This document shows positions 53,695 through 62,412 of a stretch of 64,000 nucleotides of DNA, one piece after another. The stretch comes from Methanocaldococcus indicus. GTDB lineage: Archaea; AGJL01; Methanococci; Methanococcales; Methanocaldococcaceae. Position numbers and translations under genes: made by a program. Positions within the stretch are counted from its first letter, which is position 1; each line of letters begins with the position of its first letter. The stretch is from the NCBI RefSeq assembly GCF_049554935.1, contig NZ_CP186926.1, positions 832,001 to 896,000 on the forward strand, written 5' to 3'. The notes beneath the pieces were generated by a model. The model was not told the DNA's origin, ran no database searches, and saw only the letters and a list, made by a program, of their open reading frames with translations.

Positions 53695-56204
53695 AATTGA
53701 AAAAAACATTTGAAGACAATTTGATTGTTGAGCAAAAACTACAAAGGCTGAAGTTTTGGACATGGACTGATGACCCTTCTTATTCTGACAACTGGAGTCA
53801 TTATGATACTCCTGGAGCTTCTGGGGCAGCATACGGTGATTATGCAGACCATTCTGATTATTCTGATAGCCAGTATTCAGATAGTAGCAGCAATGGAACA
53901 ATAAATTCCAAAACATCAGCAAAAACATCAGCAGTAACTGTTGGGAAAATTGAGTATTCCAATGATGGAAAAGTCTATGTTAAAGATAACAATGGCAACA
54001 TTATAACAGTTACAAATAGACAAAATCTATCTTCTGCTTTACAAAGACTTGCCAGTAAAGGGATTATAGATAAAAATTATTCAGAATTCTATACCCCAGC
54101 AGGAACAAGGGTTATAATCCAAGGAGGTAAAGTATCACTTCCAGCAGTAATGGACAATCCAAAACCTCAAGATAATACATCCAACAAAAATAAGACAATA
54201 AACAAAAACTCGTCTGATTTGGAACAATACTTCCAAGTGTCAAAACCTAATCCATCCAAAGTATCCAATGTTGCTCCTGTTGTTACTAAGAGTGATTTAC
54301 CAAAATATGCAACAATTGAAAGTATTTTAGCTCCACCACAGACCCCTGATGTTGCTGTAATTCAACAACAATATAATAATAAAATAATGACAGCTGATGA
54401 AGCTGTTAAAAAATTCTATAATGAAAATAAGGACATATTATATTATGATGAAGGAAGACAGGAAATTGATAATATAGAAAGAAAAATTATTGAGGTCCCA
54501 ACTGCTATTGGGAAAAAATATGGTGGAATTGTTGGAGGAACAATTGGAGCAACAGTTGGAAAGTTAGCAGCGGGAGGGGTAGAGCTTATCGCTGGAACTG
54601 GTTGGGCTATTGGAACAGCTGCTGCTAAAAAATCATTTGAACCAATAAAAACAGAAGCTACAATAATCACTGATGGTGCGCTATCTCCATTTGATTCTAT
54701 TGGAAAGGCATTAGATTATATTGCTGGATATAAAAAACCAACTGAAGATGATATTATTGATGTAACATCAGATATACTTACTTTGGCACCAATCCCTATA
54801 ATAGATATAAAAGCTAAGTTTCAAAATCTGGATTCTTTAAAAACTAAAAATGTCATAAATTATGATGATTCTCTAAAAACCACAAAACAAACACCAATAC
54901 ATATCTCAAAATATATGTTAGATGAACCACCAACTCCAAAGCCAAATATGGTTGATGTTATTGGTGATAAGTATCAGCTATCTACCAACATTCTTGAATC
55001 TGGAGTAGAAAAAACAAAAGTTAGGTTTGGAGACAAAGTTTTAGAGGCTGAGAAATCTCCACAGGTAGAGGTAATTAGAAAAACTGATTTCTCAGTTGGA
55101 AGAGTTCAAGAAGTTAGGAAAACAAAGGATTCTATGTATGTTGTTGATATAGACTTATCTAAGCTAATTCCAGAGCAGAGAATTGTCCAAATATCAAAAA
55201 ATGGTGCAAAACAGATAACAAAAGGAAGAAACTACATATTTACATCTGAAATAAATTCTAAAGGTATAAGTAAATATGTCTCTGGACAAAATGGATTTAT
55301 TAGAACCAAATCCCAAATTACAGATATGTTATTTGATGACTCAAAACCATATAATCCTCCAAAACCACATCTAATTGATAACATTGAACATAACCATAAA
55401 TTCTTTGAAAGTAAAAAACCTAAACACAGCCCAATAGATGCTCCAAAACAGGACTTTGATATCCCACCAATTCAAATAATAGAGGAAGAACCTAAAAGCA
55501 GGCAAAAACCCAAACTAAATCCAGGCGGGGGCAGAATAATCTTTGCTTCAGATTTACTAAAGAAATTAGATGAAGTTAGTGGAGAGGCTAAAAGTGCTGG
55601 CTCTAAAACTTCACAACAATTGCTCCAAATTGAAAAAACCAAGACTGAAACTAAATCCTCTACAAAATTAGATGTTATTGAAAAGCCTAAACAAGTTGCA
55701 AAGGAAATGGAAAATAGCAAAAATAAAGTAAAAGAAAATGAGTTGGAGAAAAAAATAAAAAAACAGATGACTGAAATTGGAATATTCCCTCTCTACAGAG
55801 TAGATATATTTAACTTCCCAGTTGAAAAGGAAAAAGCAAGAAGGGGAATTTTCCACTACCCTGTTGTTGGACAGAAGGAAGATATTGTTCCTACAATTGC
55901 TAAAGCCACTCCTACACTTATTAAGAGAAAAACTAAATTAGGACAGATTACACCTAAAACTAAATTAAAACAGATTATACCTAAAAGTAGAACAGAAATT
56001 GCAAGTATTACAGAAGAATACCATCCAATCACTAGAACTAGTATTGCTACTTATCCCTCTGTTAAAACCTCCATAATCACTACACCTGAAATAAAAATAG
56101 TAGCCCCAATCCCAAAAATTCCTAAAATTAAATTGTATGGTGTAACTGGCTATAGCTCCAAATTTTTAAAATCTAAATGGAAAAAATTAGTTACCTGGCT
56201 CTAA
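53691..56204 (+). CDS. Large (about 837 aa) protein with N-terminal W/Y/H-x-D repeats, Gly-zipper segment and basic Pro-rich tail
   Basis: ATGA overlap with the kinase stop (alternative start 53682); WTD/YSD/HYD/YGD/YAD/HSD/YSD/YSD; GGIVGGTIGATVGKLAAGG. Confidence 0.85.
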   Translation: MKLKKTFEDNLIVEQKLQRLKFWTWTDDPSYSDNWSHYDTPGASGAAYGDYADHSDYSDSQYSDSSSNGTINSKTSAKTSAVTVGKIEYSNDGKVYVKDNNGNIITVTNRQNLSSALQRLASKGIIDKNYSEFYTPAGTRVIIQGGKVSLPAVMDNPKPQDNTSNKNKTINKNSSDLEQYFQVSKPNPSKVSNVAPVVTKSDLPKYATIESILAPPQTPDVAVIQQQYNNKIMTADEAVKKFYNENKDILYYDEGRQEIDNIERKIIEVPTAIGKKYGGIVGGTIGATVGKLAAGGVELIAGTGWAIGTAAAKKSFEPIKTEATIITDGALSPFDSIGKALDYIAGYKKPTEDDIIDVTSDILTLAPIPIIDIKAKFQNLDSLKTKNVINYDDSLKTTKQTPIHISKYMLDEPPTPKPNMVDVIGDKYQLSTNILESGVEKTKVRFGDKVLEAEKSPQVEVIRKTDFSVGRVQEVRKTKDSMYVVDIDLSKLIPEQRIVQISKNGAKQITKGRNYIFTSEINSKGISKYVSGQNGFIRTKSQITDMLFDDSKPYNPPKPHLIDNIEHNHKFFESKKPKHSPIDAPKQDFDIPPIQIIEEEPKSRQKPKLNPGGGRIIFASDLLKKLDEVSGEAKSAGSKTSQQLLQIEKTKTETKSSTKLDVIEKPKQVAKEMENSKNKVKENELEKKIKKQMTEIGIFPLYRVDIFNFPVEKEKARRGIFHYPVVGQKEDIVPTIAKATPTLIKRKTKLGQITPKTKLKQIIPKSRTEIASITEEYHPITRTSIATYPSVKTSIITTPEIKIVAPIPKIPKIKLYGVTGYSSKFLKSKWKKLVTWL

Positions 56205-56261
56205 TTCCTCCATCCTTTTTTTAGTTCAGATATTTTTTCATTTTGTAACCTCAGTAATAAA

Positions 56262-56690
56262 TTAAATCTTCTTTCTAATATCTTCTAATATTTCTTTTAT
56301 CTCCAATAGTATTTCCCTATGCTCTTTTAACTCACCAAATATTAGTTTAATATATTTAACTCCCTCATCTAATTTTTTATTTAGCTCTAAAATATCATCC
56401 GCAGAGATTCTATTTATTCCCTCTGGAAACTCAATATATGTATTTAATTCTCTCTCCTCTATCTTCTCAATTTTAATTAATTTATCCTCTTCTTCCAACT
56501 CTTTTATAAACTCCTTAAAAAGTTTTTTCTTTCTTTCACTTGGAAAATTTGCCAAAATCCTAACACTACCATCTTTATGATTATAAACTATTCCATCAAT
56601 CCCTAAACCCCTTCCAATATTTTCAATCCTATCCCTAAACCCAACATGTTGAACCTTTCCATAAATTTTTAATTCATAAGTTGTTGCCAT
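56262..56690 (-). CDS. Acylphosphatase-domain protein with C-terminal coiled coil
   Basis: [11 protein letters not shown]...G.VYN..DGSV; GGTGA SD before the ATG at 56690. Confidence 0.85.
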   Translation of the reverse strand: MATTYELKIYGKVQHVGFRDRIENIGRGLGIDGIVYNHKDGSVRILANFPSERKKKLFKEFIKELEEEDKLIKIEKIEERELNTYIEFPEGINRISADDILELNKKLDEGVKYIKLIFGELKEHREILLEIKEILEDIRKKI

Positions 56691-56721
56691 GTGAATCACC
56701 ATTATTTTTATACAAAGCTCA

Positions 56722-57630
56722 CTACCCATCAATGCCAAAATCATCCAACAACAACTGTATTGGAGCTTTTTTCAATTCTTCAATGCAGGAGTTACATATT
56801 TTTATAAACCAGGGCATCCTTTGCAAATTTTCTCCTACATCAACAAACCACTTATTATTTTCCTTTTTTAAATAATCTTTTAACTTTCCATCTCTCAATT
56901 TAACAAGAATATATCTTGCTTTTCTTTTAAATACTTTCTTTTTTTCTCTATCTATGTAGTCCCAATATTTATGCACATTTTTAAGAAGGTCCTCTTCACT
57001 AAACCTTTCATTAGACCATGCGAACTTTATAATCTCTCTAAGAACATACTCAACAAATGCTGGAAAATCCTCTTTATATAAATCAAATGGATATAGGTGA
57101 TTAGGAATATATGCATTTATATGGATTGGGAATATCCTATTTAAATTTCCATTTTGAAAATTTCCTACTTTAAGCTCTATTTTTTCAACTTTTTCAGTAT
57201 TGTTTTGTTTAATCACATGTAAAATGGGTATTCTTTCAGACTTAACCAAATCATTATTACAAATCTCTTCATAAAATGATACAAATGTGCAGTCAGCAAT
57301 GATTTTTTCAGGATTATCTACATTAACAGAAACATAAGTTGGAATTATTTCAGGTTTTTTCTTTAGTTCTATATACTTCTTAGTTTGCTCGTCTTTTAAC
57401 GTTCTTGACTTGCAATCTATAATAACGAAATGTTTATATCTATTTGAAAATAGTAGTATATCTGGGTTAGATGTTTTATTATTCCCTTCAAATGATAACC
57501 CTATATTTGGTTCGATACTGGCTATATTATATCCCATCTCCCAGAACTTATTAGTCCAGTTTCGTATGTTTTTAGATGATAAAGCAAGAATTATATTCAT
57601 TAATTTAGTGTGGTCAGACAACCCTGCCAT
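56722..57630 (-). CDS. Putative PD-(D/E)xK nuclease
   Basis: NPDILLF.....VIIDCKS......Q...Y; likely start MAGLSD at 57630 overlapping the upstream gene. Confidence 0.65.
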   Translation of the reverse strand: MAGLSDHTKLMNIILALSSKNIRNWTNKFWEMGYNIASIEPNIGLSFEGNNKTSNPDILLFSNRYKHFVIIDCKSRTLKDEQTKKYIELKKKPEIIPTYVSVNVDNPEKIIADCTFVSFYEEICNNDLVKSERIPILHVIKQNNTEKVEKIELKVGNFQNGNLNRIFPIHINAYIPNHLYPFDLYKEDFPAFVEYVLREIIKFAWSNERFSEEDLLKNVHKYWDYIDREKKKVFKRKARYILVKLRDGKLKDYLKKENNKWFVDVGENLQRMPWFIKICNSCIEELKKAPIQLLLDDFGIDG

Positions 57631-58738
57631 ACTCCACACCTTCCAATGTAGTTTCAGCATCGTAGTATTGCTGTAAGTTACATACAAGCCTTAAAGCAGT
57701 GTTACCGCAAGCACCCTTAGAGAGATATAGTCTTATCCAGTCGGTAGATACATCCATTTCAAACTTATCTCCGTTATGTAAGTCCAAGCCCACAACTGAG
57801 TAGTAATCTTTATCAATTTTTCTTTTAAACCCTGCCAACCTAAATGGCTTTTTTGTTGATAAGAGCATATCTAAAAATTTTTCTATGTCTTCAATTTCTC
57901 TTTCAAATGAAATTAACAACGGAGAGCCACTAACTGCAATACCAAAATCTTTTTTCTCATAATATATTTCATATTCTTCTTCAATTATTTTTAGCATGTT
58001 TGCATATCTTTCTCTAACACCATTTACTATTCTTAAATGTTCGTTAAATGATGTTCCTTTAACTGAGAATTTTCCATTGAAATACAGATTTTCTATGACC
58101 ATAAGCTCTAAATCTTCATAGTATTCAAATGATTTTTTAAATCCAATGCTTGTAATTGCCATAAAGTGTTTATCGTCCAGCTCATTTAATTTGTTAAATA
58201 TTATTTTTAGCAGTTTTCCATTTACTTTCAATGACAAATTGTCTGCTTCATCTGCATCACAAGCTAAGCTATCTAAGTATTTAATACCTATCTGTTTAGT
58301 TTCCACTCCTAATTCATCTTTGAATTTAAGTAAAAACTCCTTATCTAACCATACATTATCTAAACGGCTTGTTCTTGGATTTATCAGTTTTTCCATGTAT
58401 TTGTCAGCAACTTCTGATTTTTCGACAGTGTAAAATAACCAAAACCTGTTATTGCCGAAAGGGTCGTAGGTATCTACATAAAAAGTAGCTTCTTTTTTCC
58501 GTTTCTGGTCTTTTATCTTCAATATCCAAAATCCTTTGGTCTCTGTTTTTTCTATCTTTAATTCTAACTCTTTAATGTAGTTAGGTAAGTTCAATATTGA
58601 AGTGTTTGACTCTACAATGTATGTTTTTACAAGATTTCTTCCCATTTCATATTTTCCTTCTTCAACTAAATTATCATGGCTCTTTATCATATTATTTTCA
58701 AGATGTTCATAAAGGTCCTTTCTTGTCTTAATTTCCAT
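57614..58738 (-). CDS. Hypothetical protein, partner of the nuclease
   Basis: 374-aa ORF overlapping the downstream gene; family not recognised. Confidence 0.75.
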   Translation of the reverse strand: MEIKTRKDLYEHLENNMIKSHDNLVEEGKYEMGRNLVKTYIVESNTSILNLPNYIKELELKIEKTETKGFWILKIKDQKRKKEATFYVDTYDPFGNNRFWLFYTVEKSEVADKYMEKLINPRTSRLDNVWLDKEFLLKFKDELGVETKQIGIKYLDSLACDADEADNLSLKVNGKLLKIIFNKLNELDDKHFMAITSIGFKKSFEYYEDLELMVIENLYFNGKFSVKGTSFNEHLRIVNGVRERYANMLKIIEEEYEIYYEKKDFGIAVSGSPLLISFEREIEDIEKFLDMLLSTKKPFRLAGFKRKIDKDYYSVVGLDLHNGDKFEMDVSTDWIRLYLSKGACGNTALRLVCNLQQYYDAETTLEGVEYGRVV

Positions 58739-59116
58739 AGTCTCACGCTCCCACCACCAAAATAAACATAATTAATGACCCTACAATAATCATCATTAGT
58801 TGTATAATATTATACAATATGTGTATAAACATTTTTCGAAAAATTGTTAGTAACATCTTCCATCAATAGGTCCAGCAAAATAGAAAAAAGACAAAGAAAG
58901 TTTAAGATTTATTTTTAACTTATTTTAATTTTTTTACGAGCTAAAGAAGCCCAAAACTCTGGGTCAGTTTCTTTACTAAGGTATTCCTGCCCCATACCAT
59001 CATCACTTGGCTTAACTAATTTTACAGATTTTATACCAGTCCAACCTCCCACCCAAAAGCAAAATAAAGAACTCAATAATTATTTGAATATGTGATATTG
59101 ACAATTAAAAAATAAA

Positions 59117-59238
59117 TCATTTAACTCCAAACAACAATTTTATCAACTCAATGGCATTGGGATTGGATAATATATACAGCAAGATTAAAATTACAAATCC
59201 AATTGTGAATTTTTTATCTAATTGGTGAAATTTACTAT
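59117..59238 (-). pseudogene. 3' remnant of a paralogue of the 60555-60905 gene
   Basis: Encodes SKFHQLDKKFTIGFVILILLYILSNPNAIELIKLLFGVK*; collinear with 60555-60676. Confidence 0.85.
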
Positions 59239-59241
59239 ATT

Positions 59242-60021
59242 TTATAAGAAGTCATCTAATGTTTTATTTTTTAGCTCTTTTATATCCTCTTTTTTGGGAT
59301 ATATAACTGACACTATTAGCCATGTATTCCAAATAGCATGAGTCCCAACTATAAAGTAAGTGTTGTCTTGATAATAAATTTCCTTAGTAAATTTTTTCTT
59401 AACCAATTCACAAGCTTTGTTAGTCCCATATTTCTTTTTTAGTTTCCTGTAAAGTTCTTCAAGTTCCCAATCTTCACACATAATTTTATGTTCATTTGGA
59501 CAGGTTGATGAGCACTTAAATATATACTGAAACTTTTTATCTAAAGGTTCTAATGTGAAAACTGTTTTTCCATCTAAAGTCTTTTGTTTTTTGATATTCT
59601 CTGATTTTATAACTTGTTCTTTTCTATCTTCCCAAACCATATCAGTAATTTTTGGTTTTATAACTCCCAAAGTGCATTCATGCCTCCCTTTACTTTGAAG
59701 CTCTTCCATAGTGGTTAGCCTCTCTTCAAGCATTTTCTTTATATTCCTAAATCTTTCTTCATGTAGTGGAGTAATTGTTTCAGGTTTTATTTTTCTGCTC
59801 TCAGGTCTCCCATCAGGACTTTTATCCTCCCTTAGTTCATACTCTATCCATTGTTTCTTCTTAAATTTAATATTTCCATACCCTGCAAATATTTTCCAAG
59901 GTATTGGGAATATTCTCCGCCACTCCCCTTTTTCAGTTATCCCTGCTACACAAACTAAATTCTCATATTTCTTACTTTGAACTGGAGCAGCTTTTGCTAA
60001 AACAAGTAATCTTTCTTTCAA
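59242..60021 (-). CDS. DUF488-associated protein (OB-fold-like N-terminus, CxxxC..H..C motif)
   Basis: K..P..SKKY...VCVAGI....WRRIFPIP, D.RPES, CEDWE; overlaps the DUF488 stop. Confidence 0.7.
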   Translation of the reverse strand: MKERLLVLAKAAPVQSKKYENLVCVAGITEKGEWRRIFPIPWKIFAGYGNIKFKKKQWIEYELREDKSPDGRPESRKIKPETITPLHEERFRNIKKMLEERLTTMEELQSKGRHECTLGVIKPKITDMVWEDRKEQVIKSENIKKQKTLDGKTVFTLEPLDKKFQYIFKCSSTCPNEHKIMCEDWELEELYRKLKKKYGTNKACELVKKKFTKEIYYQDNTYFIVGTHAIWNTWLIVSVIYPKKEDIKELKNKTLDDFL

Positions 60022-60512
60022 AGATTAACCACCTTAAAATCTATCTTCCCTAATTCTTTAGCAATTATACTCCTATGACATTTTCTCCAATCTTTTTCAT
60101 AACACATTAATACACTCCTATATTCTACTGCATATCTTAATAATTCTTTCAAAGATTCAATGTTTTTATCTAAATGACTCAAATACTCATCCATAAATTC
60201 TATAAAACTAATTTTCCCAGACTTTAATTTGTCTCTCAATTCTTTTGGTGTTCCTAAGAATTTTAAATGCACATATCCAATCCCATGCTCAGTTAAAATT
60301 TCTTTTAGTTTATTCTTTGAAAACCCCTTTTTCCTACTTAATGGAATTTCTCTTACATCAATAACAAGCTCTATTTGATTGTCTTTTAGAATTTTTATAA
60401 ACTCATCTATGCTTCTTCTTTCATAGCCTATTGTGTAAATTGTCTTCCCATCCAGTATATCTAAATACTCCATATTCTCTAATACAACATCTATAGGACT
60501 CATAAATATCAC
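60018..60512 (-). CDS. DUF488 family protein
   Basis: IYTIGYE, IDVR..P.SRK.GFSK, LG.P, LMCYE.....CHR. Confidence 0.9.
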   Translation of the reverse strand: MIFMSPIDVVLENMEYLDILDGKTIYTIGYERRSIDEFIKILKDNQIELVIDVREIPLSRKKGFSKNKLKEILTEHGIGYVHLKFLGTPKELRDKLKSGKISFIEFMDEYLSHLDKNIESLKELLRYAVEYRSVLMCYEKDWRKCHRSIIAKELGKIDFKVVNL

Positions 60513-60554
60513 TCCCGTACTATTTTATTGATGAAACTTTTTCAAACACAATAA

Positions 60555-60905
60555 TCATTTAACTCCAAACAATAATTTTATCAACTCAATGGCATTTGGA
60601 TTAGTTATGATTATTGTAAATAAAATTATAATAAAAAATATTGTGAATTTTTTATCTAATTGGTGAAATTTACTATCAACATATCTTAATATCTCCTCCT
60701 TTATTGAGTTCATTTTTTCCTCTAATATAAGAATATCCTCCTTAGTCGCTAACTCACTCCTTAACTCATCCTTTAACTCATTCTTAATAATAATCTTGTT
60801 TTCTTTATTTAGCTCAATAATAATATCATAAATCTCTCTCGCTTCCTTCTCGTCCTTTACCTTTTTAAGTATCAACTCATATAACTTAGCATACCCAACT
60901 GCCAT
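60555..60905 (-). CDS. Coiled-coil protein with C-terminal TM (ELATKEDI, DUF1640-like)
   Basis: LATKEDI motif, heptads, C-terminal hydrophobic helix. Confidence 0.75.
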   Translation of the reverse strand: MAVGYAKLYELILKKVKDEKEAREIYDIIIELNKENKIIIKNELKDELRSELATKEDILILEEKMNSIKEEILRYVDSKFHQLDKKFTIFFIIILFTIIITNPNAIELIKLLFGVK

Positions 60906-60989
60906 AACATCACTCCCAACTAAATAATTAAAAAATAAAAACTCAACATATTAATCTTATTTTTCTGAGATTTTGGTAAATTTTCTTAG

Positions 60990-61722
60990 TTGAAGTTAGT
61001 TACAATATAGTTGCAATTATTTCACTTAGTTACGCGATAGTTGCAGAGTTTTCGCTATAAATAATAAAAATAAATAAAATATAATAATAAATATAAAATA
61101 TATTGTTATTATATTATTTTTTTATATATATTATATAGATGCAACTTTGCAACTTGCCCTTATTTTCTTAAGTTTTCTGCAACTATCTTTCCTTTCTTTG
61201 CAACTAAACTTTAAAATTTACAACTTGCAATAATAAATAGTTATAGGTTGCTATTTACAAAAATGCTGGTTTTTAGAGCATTTAGTAAATTGAACATTAT
61301 CATTGAGTATTCTGTAAATTTTCAAGTGTTTATGATATTTTTGTTTAGTTGCAAGCAAGTTGCAAAAGTTGCAAAGTAATTTTTGATAATTTTTCTAATT
61401 TTGTTAATTTAAATAACTGTTAATTTTGGTAATAAATATTTTTATATAATCCATATTATTTAATAATTATATTGTAGAAATTTTTTTTCTACATCATTTC
61501 TACAATTTCTACATAACAAATTTTCATACTGAATATAAATACACATCAAGTTAATTTATTACATTGTATTACCTATTTTTAGGTAATATATAACAACAAT
61601 AATATTTTTTCATAAAAATTTTAGTAATAACACATAAAATTGTAGAAATTGTAGAAATAGTTTTTCTATATATATGTCAATCAAAATTAAACTTTAGGTC
61701 CTACAATTTCTACAATTTCTAC
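60990..61722. repeat. Iteron-like repeat region (GTTGCA/TGCAAC block and TTTCTACA/TGTAGAAA block); putative element origin
   Basis: Many direct and inverted copies, e.g. GCAACTTTGCAACTTGC (61141) vs GCAAGTTGCAAAAGTTGC (61355); TTTCTACAATTTCTAC (61497, 61707) vs TGTAGAAATTGTAGAAA (61642); AT-only tract at ~61057-61137. Confidence 0.8.
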
Positions 61723-61769
61723 CAAATAATAAAAATATATGAATATTTATATCAATAAAAAAACAAATT

Positions 61770-62249
61770 TTATAAAACTCTACAATAACCTGCTTTTGGT
61801 TCATAAATCCTACCATCTTTTAAAGCCTTATTGACAACATATTCTCCAAAGATTTTTATTAATTCATCCTTTGGAACTTCTCCCCCCTGCATGTTAATAT
61901 ACTCCTCAATATCCATATCAATTTCAAAATCTTCTAAGAAATCTCCTTCAATAACAATTAGTCTTATAATTTTATCGACTATTCTAACAGACTTATGCTC
62001 TGCAGATATACCCTGACTTGTCAAATATCTCTCAATATCTTTATAACTTGATAGATTTGGAAGCCCTGTTTTTTCTGAAATTTTCTTCCAACCTCTTTTT
62101 GACAAAACTAATTTATCTCTCATCATTGTATAGCCATTAATGTTAAAATTCATCTTAATAACTTCATTAACAAAATACTGTTTTTTTAGTTTTTGAGCGA
62201 CCGTTATCTGGTCATCAAGGACAATACCCTTTATAATATCTAAATTCAT
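61770..62249 (-). CDS. Hypothetical protein ending in an MCM-type winged-helix tail
   Basis: C-terminal GRIYEPKAGY resembles GDIFEPRPGY of the adjacent MCM. Confidence 0.65.
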   Translation of the reverse strand: MNLDIIKGIVLDDQITVAQKLKKQYFVNEVIKMNFNINGYTMMRDKLVLSKRGWKKISEKTGLPNLSSYKDIERYLTSQGISAEHKSVRIVDKIIRLIVIEGDFLEDFEIDMDIEEYINMQGGEVPKDELIKIFGEYVVNKALKDGRIYEPKAGYCRVL

Positions 62250-62412
62250 ATATCCTAACTATAAATACAGTATAGATTTAAATTTTTCCATTTTTCCTCA
62301 GGTAATACTTTTCATAAGTATAATAATCTACTTGTAGGACCAGAAAAACACCACCAGTATTACTCCCAACTAAATAATTAAAAATAAAAACTCAACAGAT
62401 AAGGATTATTTC

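Noticed and set aside
60990-61722. CRISPR array
   Set aside because: Repeats are 6-17 bp, in both orientations and irregularly spaced; no repeat-spacer periodicity
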